Of a stretch of DNA of 64,000 nucleotides, positions 38,982 to 47,325 are shown in pieces. A program made the translations under genes and the position numbers. A model generated the notes under the pieces. That model was not told where the DNA came from. It made no database searches and worked only from the letters and a program-made list of their open reading frames with translations. The DNA comes from a virus: positions 9,800 through 73,799 of the IMG/VR virus record IMGVR_UViG_3300037277_000110; one strand, 5' to 3'. Each line of letters starts with the position of its first letter. The first letter of the stretch is position 1.

Positions 38982-39064
38982 GGAAAGCAAAACCGGAAGG
39001 CCCGGTAACTTCCTGCTAAGAATGTTGATCCGAAAGGGTTTGGGTTCGATTCCTATACTTTCCG
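38982..39064 (+). tRNA. tRNA-Ser(GCU)
   Basis: GGAAAG/CTTTCC, G discriminator; loop CTGCTAA with an imperfect stem; variable arm GATCC-GAAA-GGGTT; GGTTCGATTCC. Confidence 0.7.
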
Positions 39065-40624
39065 CTAATGTGGATAATTAGGCCAAGTCTCAATATATTT
39101 CCTTAACATATTAGCATCCATTGATTTTACCCGGTTTATTTCTGATATATTAATTAATTCATTGCCATTTTTATGTTTACTATCTATACCGATAAAATGA
39201 TCTAAATGATAAAGAAATCCTGATACATATCCCCATTTTAATCCTAAAGTTCGAATCCGATAAAATCTTTCTGCATCTTCAGGAGCATGAGAAATAAAAC
39301 CTTCATTTTCTCCACCTATTGATAAATATTCTTTTTTATTAAATATTACTGCTCCTCCATGACTTTTTTTACCATTAAATGACATATTGTGAAAAATTCC
39401 AAAAAAACTATTAAACAATAAAATATCTTGGTTTAGTTGTTCATAAAAACATCGACTCATGTGAATAAACGTTCCATCATAAGGATAAACAACTGCATAA
39501 CCTTCCCTAATCATTTTAACAGCTTCAAATATCTGATCAGGATTAACAAACACATCTGCATCCCAATTGATAACTATTGGAGTTTGTGTTAAAACGGTAA
39601 TATTATTTAACATCCTTGTTCGATGGAAATTAGGATACCCAAACCAGATATATTCATCCGAATCTACATCTGAAAAATCATGAGTTCCTTGCTCACCTAC
39701 TATTATATTGGTATTAAAATTAGCCCTGATAAACTTGATTGTTAATTCTAAATTTTCAACCCGATCCTGACTATCGTTTTTAACCGGTATAATAAATGTA
39801 ACATCCTTTAAATCCCTTTTACCTTTAAAATAAAGACTCTTTTGGTAAATTGATCTACTTTCCCACCTACCTGGGTAAAAGTCTTTACCAGTACACGTTT
39901 TAGCTAGTGGGCCGGCAAATAAACATTCGGGTCTGATCACTTTTACATCCTTATTGTAAATTTCAGCTATTTTAGCAGCCCACCAAGAGAATGTCGAATT
40001 GGCTATGATTAAATTATTAAACTGACTCATTAAAGCCAAGTGTTCAATATCTGAACAGCCTTCTACATATTCTACATTGTCATGATTTCCAAGCATTTTT
40101 TTAGCAATAGTATAATCATCAGTAAATACATAGAAAGTTTTCGTTTTATCCTTAAAAAATTCAATGTAATAACTCGGTTGTATCTGTACATAATTTTTGT
40201 TCCCAACATAATCACCTAATCGTAAATGGACGGCCCAATCATTTTTACCCGGTATAAAGTCTGTCCGTTCAAATATAGAGTCTAAAAATCCCTGTTTAAA
40301 TTTAAATTCGTTTTTAATTTCATCCCAAACATCTTCAAAATATTTTTCAGATTGCCAATAGCCTCTAATATCTGTATTAAGTGTAAAGTAATTTTGTATT
40401 GGCTGTAGAAACATAGGATGAAAATCAAAATTAAGTTCTCTTATCTCATCATTAATCTTTATGTCTGTATCTACATTCCAACTCATTTGGAAATATTTTA
40501 AATAATCCCATAATGGTAATGCCCATTGAGTATTATTTCGCTTTGATAACGACTTAATAAAAGCAATCTCAAACAAGTTATTACCTAATCTCCCGTATGG
40601 GAATTGTTTCATAAGTAAAGTCAT
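39065..40624 (-). CDS. Fusion of a GT11 alpha-1,2-fucosyltransferase-like domain and a GT2/GT7-like glycosyltransferase
   Basis: GRLGNNLF, GYWQSEKYF, HLRLGDY, IIANSTFSWWAA (GT11); then FIIPV, WDADV, GGENEGF...EDAER. Confidence 0.85.
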   Translation of the reverse strand: MTLLMKQFPYGRLGNNLFEIAFIKSLSKRNNTQWALPLWDYLKYFQMSWNVDTDIKINDEIRELNFDFHPMFLQPIQNYFTLNTDIRGYWQSEKYFEDVWDEIKNEFKFKQGFLDSIFERTDFIPGKNDWAVHLRLGDYVGNKNYVQIQPSYYIEFFKDKTKTFYVFTDDYTIAKKMLGNHDNVEYVEGCSDIEHLALMSQFNNLIIANSTFSWWAAKIAEIYNKDVKVIRPECLFAGPLAKTCTGKDFYPGRWESRSIYQKSLYFKGKRDLKDVTFIIPVKNDSQDRVENLELTIKFIRANFNTNIIVGEQGTHDFSDVDSDEYIWFGYPNFHRTRMLNNITVLTQTPIVINWDADVFVNPDQIFEAVKMIREGYAVVYPYDGTFIHMSRCFYEQLNQDILLFNSFFGIFHNMSFNGKKSHGGAVIFNKKEYLSIGGENEGFISHAPEDAERFYRIRTLGLKWGYVSGFLYHLDHFIGIDSKHKNGNELINISEINRVKSMDANMLRKYIETWPNYPH

Positions 40625-41301
40625 CGGATTACATCTTTTTTAGTGATAGCTATTATTTTAGGCTTCATTTGTTCTATTCCGTAAGTCACCCGTTCTGGCA
40701 TAGTTTCAGGCATACAGTATTCAGGAGTTAAGATCACATCCGGCGGATTTAATGCATAATACCTTTGAATATAAGATTCATCATGAAATATAGGTGTGTG
40801 TCCATACTTTTGATCGGTATCTATCCACAGTGTTATTTGGCCAGCCATTTTAAGATAATCCGATCCACCGTTAAACCCACCAGCGAAGTAATACTGGATC
40901 TTATTTATCGACACAAAAGACTGAGCTAAAAACTTTTTATCAAGTATAAAACCTAGTTTTGGACGATTAAAAAACCCAGGGTGTCTTGTGGCTACTAATT
41001 TACCTAATATTTCATCACCTACAGTATCAACTATTAACGAGTCACTATCAAGATAATAATAATAATCACATTCTCCTTCAAATCCATTGGTTATGATGTG
41101 GTAACGATATAAAGTAGGGAAAGGCCAAGGTTTATGTTCCTGATAAATTTTAGTTACACCATCAATTTTTTTATCCGAATCCGTAAATAGATAAATAGTC
41201 TTTTCGTGATTGGTCAGGAAATATTTATTTATCCCTTTGACGAGTTCGGGAATAAAATCAACATATTTATTGGTAGCTATTAGAAATATGGCTATTTTCA
41301 T
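40621..41301 (-). CDS. GT6 family glycosyltransferase (ABO-transferase-like)
   Basis: IATNKY, YLFTD, WP..TLYRY, YLDSD, HPG, YFAGGFNGG, HDESY. Confidence 0.85.
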   Translation of the reverse strand: MKIAIFLIATNKYVDFIPELVKGINKYFLTNHEKTIYLFTDSDKKIDGVTKIYQEHKPWPFPTLYRYHIITNGFEGECDYYYYLDSDSLIVDTVGDEILGKLVATRHPGFFNRPKLGFILDKKFLAQSFVSINKIQYYFAGGFNGGSDYLKMAGQITLWIDTDQKYGHTPIFHDESYIQRYYALNPPDVILTPEYCMPETMPERVTYGIEQMKPKIIAITKKDVIR

Positions 41302-42050
41302 AATTTAGTATGTAAATCAAACCAGCTACCTTGATCTAAAGATTCGCCACAACAATTCGGTTTCCCGTAGAAATAGTGAATATACTGAAGTAATATCTCG
41401 TCAACTCCTACCCATTTATCTGGAAGTTCTTTGCCAAATAAACCTGAACAATATCCATCGAATTTATAATCAACGTATTCACCTTCGAGAGCTGGATTCG
41501 AACATTTAGTCAAATGATTCTTTCCCTGGTCCACTATTTGGAATTTAGTATAACCTATTTCTAAAAAAGCATGAATTACATCCAGTGGGTTTGCAGTACC
41601 ATCAACTAAGTTATTAGGAGTAAGCAATTCAGCACTCATATATTGTGGTAGCTTCATACTTTTAAACTGACGTATACACATTGCATCTTGACCTTCCACA
41701 TCTATCTTGACGTAATATACATCCTGCCCGAACATACAATAATGGGTATACATTGAACATCCGTCAACCAATATTTCTTCGATTTCATCCGGATATTTAC
41801 TATTCCAATTTGGGTTAACTGAAGCCCAATCAGTATGAATTTTATGTATCCATAAAGATAATTCATTTTCGTCAGAGACAGCATACTCTCTTAAAATGAG
41901 TTGACCCGAATCAAGATAAGACCCTAGCCTTTTTATAATTTCATGGCAACTATGTGGATTCGGCTCAATAGCTATGACCTGAAATCCCTTTTTTAGATAA
42001 AATTCGGTATCCGATCCGTTATGTGCCCCAATGTCGTATATTAGTTTCAT
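41298..42050 (-). CDS. FkbM family methyltransferase
   Basis: YDIGAHNG, IAIEPNP, VKIDVEG. Confidence 0.85.
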   Translation of the reverse strand: MKLIYDIGAHNGSDTEFYLKKGFQVIAIEPNPHSCHEIIKRLGSYLDSGQLILREYAVSDENELSLWIHKIHTDWASVNPNWNSKYPDEIEEILVDGCSMYTHYCMFGQDVYYVKIDVEGQDAMCIRQFKSMKLPQYMSAELLTPNNLVDGTANPLDVIHAFLEIGYTKFQIVDQGKNHLTKCSNPALEGEYVDYKFDGYCSGLFGKELPDKWVGVDEILLQYIHYFYGKPNCCGESLDQGSWFDLHTKL

Positions 42051-42190
42051 GCTCGTGATATTTTACTTAAAGTATTATTCAACTTGTCGATAGCTTCTTT
42101 TTCCGAATCCCCTAATTCAAAATAATCATACCCTTTAAAAGTTATACAAGCAGTCCATTTATTTTGATGTTTTAAAAATTGTGTTTTCAT
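42047..42190 (-). CDS. Small hypothetical protein (47 aa)
   Basis: Read by hand; fills the gap with an ATGA overlap to the next gene. Confidence 0.55.
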   Translation of the reverse strand: MKTQFLKHQNKWTACITFKGYDYFELGDSEKEAIDKLNNTLSKISRA

Positions 42191-42192
42191 AC

Positions 42193-42456
42193 TTAAATTT
42201 TTACATATCCTTCTTCAAATTCAATAGCAGGAGACCATGATTGATATCCACCTTTATAAACAACATAATATCCACCTTCCTTTGGTTTATGTTTATTTAC
42301 ATATTCAGGATCAACTGTGAATGAGTTATAATTTTCATCTTCTGGGAAAATTGTTGCATCTCCTAAGTCTGGATGAAAAACTATTGATTTAATCTTCAAT
42401 GCCCATACTTCTTTATGGCATTTATACTTTGGCATTTCTCTACCAGTTGTTATCAT
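42193..42456 (-). CDS. Small conserved phage protein (GYYVVY.GGYQSWSP..FEEGY family)
   Basis: Y.CHKEV.A.KI and YQSWSP motifs. Confidence 0.65.
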   Translation of the reverse strand: MITTGREMPKYKCHKEVWALKIKSIVFHPDLGDATIFPEDENYNSFTVDPEYVNKHKPKEGGYYVVYKGGYQSWSPAIEFEEGYVKI

Positions 42457-42474
42457 ATTTTTTAGTTTTTAAAA

Positions 42475-43170
42475 TTATCGCATACGTTTTAAGAGCATTT
42501 GGTACTGATCTTCAATAATATCGAAGCCATTAGCCAGAAATACCCCGATTGAATACTTAGCTTTCCCAAAGCAGCTTTTTTCTCCATATTCAACTATCGG
42601 AACCGGGCATCTAACGTCATCAATAAGAACATATCCGCCTACCTTTACAAGGTTATTCCGAATAATTACTTCAGCATCCCGTTTGTGCAACATGGCTGAT
42701 TCTTCCAAAGGAGTTACATCACCTACATCCATATAAATTAAGTCAGCAGGTTCTTCCATGTTTTGAAGGAATATTGCACTGTCAGATACATGATACATAA
42801 CATTTTGGAATTCCTTAGTTATTGTCCTGCATACTTCGATATGATTTGAATTTATATCAACCGTGTGAATAAATGAATTTGGAAGTATTTCGGCAAATAC
42901 ACGAGTAAAACAACCTGCTCCCCAATCCCATGATTCTGGATTGTCAAGTTTCCAATATTTTTTATCATAACTCATACAACCTTCAAGTCCGCCATTAACG
43001 TATGACCGGGTTGTGCCAAGTTCAATAATAATCGGATGAGACGTATATAAATCCAGTATGATTTCATTAATAACTTTTATAAAAGTATGCGCTCGTGACA
43101 ATCTTTTTCGTATATCATGACTATAATCATACTGACAACCTTTGTCTAAGAATTCAAAATATTTATCCAT
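42475..43170 (-). CDS. Class I SAM-dependent methyltransferase
   Basis: IIELGT, HTVDIN, DS..FL, DLIYMD, VLIDD. Confidence 0.75.
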   Translation of the reverse strand: MDKYFEFLDKGCQYDYSHDIRKRLSRAHTFIKVINEIILDLYTSHPIIIELGTTRSYVNGGLEGCMSYDKKYWKLDNPESWDWGAGCFTRVFAEILPNSFIHTVDINSNHIEVCRTITKEFQNVMYHVSDSAIFLQNMEEPADLIYMDVGDVTPLEESAMLHKRDAEVIIRNNLVKVGGYVLIDDVRCPVPIVEYGEKSCFGKAKYSIGVFLANGFDIIEDQYQMLLKRMR

Positions 43171-44210
43171 TTTTGTTGGTTTTGATTAAATAATTCTTCT
43201 GCTTGTTGGTATACTTCATCGGTGTTTATATCAATTGAATGTAGTTCTTCGAATGAACTAAAATACTTGATAAATTTACTATTTTTTTCTCTATAAAATT
43301 CGCATAATCCTAAATTATCTTCACAATAACTCATGTTCTGAAACCAGTAATCTTTCTTTTTTAAAAGATTATGCATGAATTCTTTAGAAGGGACATAGTA
43401 AGCCACTCCGCAAGATAATGCATCCCAAAGAGCTATTGAATTCCATGTGTAAGGAAGGTGAATTACTGCCTTAAAATGAGCTAAAGCATCTTTATCTTTA
43501 TACCTACCCGTTTTAACGTCTATACCTTTATTTAAGCATAAGTCTCGTAGATGACATATAGCGTCATTAGTGTATGTCGGGACATAGTACCCAGATTTAT
43601 TATTTATAATATTTCCTTTAATCATAGACCAACGTCTTTTAGTATATTCCCCTGCCATATGCCCTTCTTCATCAAACAACATGAAATTTACTTTTTCTCC
43701 ATCATAAGACGATTCGGTTGGGTTAGTAAAATCTACCATACTATAATATGGTTTACTCACCGGATTTATTATAGTATGAACAACCGTTCCTTTGCCCATT
43801 GCATATACTGATTCAAAAATGTTATTAGCTACAATCCAAACGTTTTTTTCAGTCGCGGACCATTTCATGAGTTCATAATATTCTTTATCGGGAAACGGAT
43901 TTAGGATATCTAAAGAATCGCCATAGTCAAACCGATTACAGATATAAACTATAATTTTACCTTTAAATCCATTTTGTAAAAATATCCGGGATAAAGGAGC
44001 TGTATCGGAAGTAATGATCACATCAAAAGTGTTGTAAAAATCCTTGTGTTCTTCCCATGCTTCAGTGGCCCGATCCTTGGTCATATTGTAAAAATAACCA
44101 TCTTCTCCTGAAGTGACTATTTTAGTTGTTAATTCGATGTTAGGTAGATCTAGTACACTTTGGATGGCATTACTACACCCAATATGGAACGTTAAATGAA
44201 GTATTTTCAT
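43146..44210 (-). CDS. Putative GT-B glycosyltransferase
   Basis: FDVIITSDT, FKAVIHLPY, WDALSCG..YYVPS; cluster context. Confidence 0.55.
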   Translation of the reverse strand: MKILHLTFHIGCSNAIQSVLDLPNIELTTKIVTSGEDGYFYNMTKDRATEAWEEHKDFYNTFDVIITSDTAPLSRIFLQNGFKGKIIVYICNRFDYGDSLDILNPFPDKEYYELMKWSATEKNVWIVANNIFESVYAMGKGTVVHTIINPVSKPYYSMVDFTNPTESSYDGEKVNFMLFDEEGHMAGEYTKRRWSMIKGNIINNKSGYYVPTYTNDAICHLRDLCLNKGIDVKTGRYKDKDALAHFKAVIHLPYTWNSIALWDALSCGVAYYVPSKEFMHNLLKKKDYWFQNMSYCEDNLGLCEFYREKNSKFIKYFSSFEELHSIDINTDEVYQQAEELFNQNQQKWINILNS

Positions 44211-44386
44211 ATTATTTTACCACTTGCCTGAAGAATAATAGCAGATAAACAAGTTAATAATATGGAAATCCACCATTCTTTAGTAAACATTAGTAATTTA
44301 CTATTTTTATCACGCTTGAAATCAATAGCACATCTCATTACAAATATACCTATTATTGTTAATACAAATTGAATTAATATTCTCAT
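44207..44386 (-). CDS. Small two-transmembrane protein (59 aa)
   Basis: Read by hand: MRILIQFVLTIIGIFVMRCAIDFKRDKNSKLLMFTKEWWISILLTCLSAIILQASGKII; ATGA overlaps at both ends. Confidence 0.6.
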   Translation of the reverse strand: MRILIQFVLTIIGIFVMRCAIDFKRDKNSKLLMFTKEWWISILLTCLSAIILQASGKII

Positions 44387-45273
44387 ATCATTTTCATTAT
44401 TGCGTTTATATTATTGATATATGTATGTTTCTCACAAACAAAATTAAATAACCACTTCTTCCGTTCTACTTCTTCCTTCCGATCTTCAGCCTCATAATAA
44501 AGCATATAAGCGTCTGGATTGTATATCACATTATGATCAAAAAACTCATAAGCCAAAGAATTTGTAGTTAATCCATCCAATCCATAAGATATAGCCTTAA
44601 ATAATCTACAAGGGAGCATTTGATTGCCCATTTGATTTGGGCCTTGGATAGCCGGAGCCATATATCCGTTCCGTAAATACATGGCCTCATCTTCAATACT
44701 AATCCAACCCTTTAAATGATTCAAACCATCACCTCTACTTCCTGGGCTATAACCTCCACCTGCATATACTGGATGCCCATTTTCCAAACAAGCCCTCTGG
44801 AATTCAAGTAATGGTTGGTAATTACCGTTTTCTTCAGGATTATTTACAGTTCCTAAGTAATAAACTAGTGAATTACGAAGTTTAGTTACATCGTTGATAT
44901 TAAACTCGTGTGGAAGTAATGGTGATCCCCAAGGGAAGAAGAGACAATCATCCTGTACGGCAATTCCATGAGCCACATGTTCCATTTTTAAACAACCCCT
45001 CTGATAGTATTGGATATTTATGTGTCTACCGATTCCTTCAAGTTTAGGACAGTTATGAAGGATATAAGTACAATCTTTTCGTAAAGGCATATTTTTGCAA
45101 ACTTGGCCTTCAGTAAGTATTATACTGTCACTAAAATTAACACTACTTATATCATCATTATCGTCCAACCAATATGTTTCAAATCCTAAAAACTCAAACG
45201 CTCTATAAAATCCGTAGTGGATAAAACTATGAGAATGAGAATATAACTTATGTCCGTAAATGAAAACTTTCAT
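44383..45273 (-). CDS. Putative GT-B glycosyltransferase
   Basis: HSHSFIH, PCRLFKAISYG, EKHTY..N motifs. Confidence 0.6.
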   Translation of the reverse strand: MKVFIYGHKLYSHSHSFIHYGFYRAFEFLGFETYWLDDNDDISSVNFSDSIILTEGQVCKNMPLRKDCTYILHNCPKLEGIGRHINIQYYQRGCLKMEHVAHGIAVQDDCLFFPWGSPLLPHEFNINDVTKLRNSLVYYLGTVNNPEENGNYQPLLEFQRACLENGHPVYAGGGYSPGSRGDGLNHLKGWISIEDEAMYLRNGYMAPAIQGPNQMGNQMLPCRLFKAISYGLDGLTTNSLAYEFFDHNVIYNPDAYMLYYEAEDRKEEVERKKWLFNFVCEKHTYINNINAIMKMI

Positions 45274-45935
45274 TTGAGTCCTTTTTGTGCAAGTTTCTTA
45301 TAATACTCTGTATTTTGATGTAGTTCACTCAACATAGAATCTGACCTTTCGGTATGCCTATAAATAACTTCATCTATGTATTTAAACTTAGCTCCAATCT
45401 TAAATAGCTTACATATTAAATTGTAATCTTCGTAATGTGAACCACTTAATACAGTATAACAACCTGCTTTTTCTACTGTTGACTTTCTGAAAAGAGAAGT
45501 ACACCAAACTTGGTTATCCCTTAACAATCCTTTCCTTGTAACAGAATAAGATCCCGGTGGGCGATGAATAACACCATCATTTTTAGCAGTAAGATTACCA
45601 AATACTACATCATTATCTCCCATTGCATTCATCATTTTACCCAATACATCATGATATAGCCAATCGTCAACATCGAGTGGTAAAATATAATCGTATTTAG
45701 CTAATTCTATTCCATGATTCCGTGTTGCAGCTAATCCAATATTTTCTTTTTGAACAATATATTGATTAACCATTGCAAAAATAAGTTTGAATGTTTCTAC
45801 ATCCGGTAATTTTGTAGATCCATCATCAATTACAATAATTTCTATCGGAAAATCCTGAAGTAAACAACTAGCCAAAGCCTTTGGAAGATATTGACTATCA
45901 TTAAAAAATGGGATGATTATTGATACTCCGTTCAT
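45270..45935 (-). CDS. GT2 family glycosyltransferase
   Basis: SIIIP.FN, IDDGST, N.GLAATRN.GI, LDVDD, EDY. Confidence 0.9.
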   Translation of the reverse strand: MNGVSIIIPFFNDSQYLPKALASCLLQDFPIEIIVIDDGSTKLPDVETFKLIFAMVNQYIVQKENIGLAATRNHGIELAKYDYILPLDVDDWLYHDVLGKMMNAMGDNDVVFGNLTAKNDGVIHRPPGSYSVTRKGLLRDNQVWCTSLFRKSTVEKAGCYTVLSGSHYEDYNLICKLFKIGAKFKYIDEVIYRHTERSDSMLSELHQNTEYYKKLAQKGLK

Positions 45936-46564
45936 ATTTTATGGTGTTTATTTGAAGTAAAAAGTGCATTTGCTTGCCATTTACCCAACTCATCACAGCC
46001 GTTCGGTTCAATAAATACCTGTTCAAATCCATGACTTGTTAATAAGTTGTTAATATCATCGTATTTTGATGTTCCTTTACGGAATTCCTGGTAATTAATC
46101 TCTGTGTAGATATATTTTATTTTGTCTAATGGAGAGTGTTGAAGAATGTAATACTCAAATCCCTCTACGTCTAACCACAAAAAGTCAATTGAAAGAATCA
46201 TAAATTCATTCATAAATGTATCCATTCGTATTGTTCCGACTATAGTTTCTTTTTCTTCACCTACATACTGTTTAAAAAAATCACTGGCCGGAAGTAAAGA
46301 ACTAGCACCACCATCACCATTTTCCTCAAGATAGAAATTAGCCTCACCATTTTTATCCGATAAAGCATACGGGATTACAGTGATATTTTCAACATCCTTA
46401 ACCAAATTTCGAAGTTTTAAGAATAGATCATCAGTAGGTTCAAAGGTGTATATCTTAGCTTCAGGAAACATTTTATGGAGTTGGATAGTATCTTCTCCAA
46501 GATGTCCCCCGGCTTCAACTATAGTGCTTAAATTAAGCTTTTTTAGCTCTTCGTAGATTCTCAT
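45932..46564 (-). CDS. FkbM family methyltransferase
   Basis: VEAGGHLG, FEP, ALSD, LWLDVEGFE. Confidence 0.85.
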   Translation of the reverse strand: MRIYEELKKLNLSTIVEAGGHLGEDTIQLHKMFPEAKIYTFEPTDDLFLKLRNLVKDVENITVIPYALSDKNGEANFYLEENGDGGASSLLPASDFFKQYVGEEKETIVGTIRMDTFMNEFMILSIDFLWLDVEGFEYYILQHSPLDKIKYIYTEINYQEFRKGTSKYDDINNLLTSHGFEQVFIEPNGCDELGKWQANALFTSNKHHKI

Positions 46565-47325
46565 AGTTGTAAAAGTTTTTTAATGAAATCCTGTTTTTTA
46601 TTGTGATATTCTTGAGGTTTATTATCCCAATTACTACCTCCACGGTAATGTAACCAACAATCCTCGAATATTTCCATTCCTAGATCTAATGTATAAAATG
46701 GCTGGGCATGTTCCGGAAATAAGGATATAAATTCATTAACTATAATACTGGTATTGGTTATTTTTCTCCATCGACAAGATGGGTTGTTCTGAAGGTAATA
46801 ATACGTAAAACCTCCAACATCCAAAGGGGCCTTCCAAATCATACCCGGTCCAACATCAAAATTTCGAATATTTGGCATCGTATCATTATCAAATATCATG
46901 AAGCAATTCCAAATGTATTCGATAATCTTATATCCACCATCCCTTGATTGTGCAATACCCGCCAAATCATATCCTTGTATAAACTCATTAAAACTAAAGT
47001 CTTTGAAAAGAATAAGATCAGAATCGACTATTACCGAAATGCAATTTGAATCCTTGGATATTATTTCATCTATACACCATTGTAAAGGAACAGCACAAGA
47101 AAAACAAGCATGAGAAAAGTCTTTTTTTCCTGCGTCAATGCTTTTAATATTTAAATGCTCACATTGGTACTCTATATTTATGTAAAGTGCTTCAGAACTG
47201 GCATTATTAACAACTATAAACTCAAAGTCATCCTTAATGAACTTATGAAAAGAATAGTTTTGCCATTCAATAAACTGAGGTGATTTGTCGGCAAACGTGT
47301 ATATTTTTACTGGTTTAAAGCTCAT
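46561..47325 (-). CDS. Putative GT-A glycosyltransferase
   Basis: VIVDSDL DxD motif, LDVGG, LHYRGGSNW. Confidence 0.6.
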   Translation of the reverse strand: MSFKPVKIYTFADKSPQFIEWQNYSFHKFIKDDFEFIVVNNASSEALYINIEYQCEHLNIKSIDAGKKDFSHACFSCAVPLQWCIDEIISKDSNCISVIVDSDLILFKDFSFNEFIQGYDLAGIAQSRDGGYKIIEYIWNCFMIFDNDTMPNIRNFDVGPGMIWKAPLDVGGFTYYYLQNNPSCRWRKITNTSIIVNEFISLFPEHAQPFYTLDLGMEIFEDCWLHYRGGSNWDNKPQEYHNKKQDFIKKLLQL

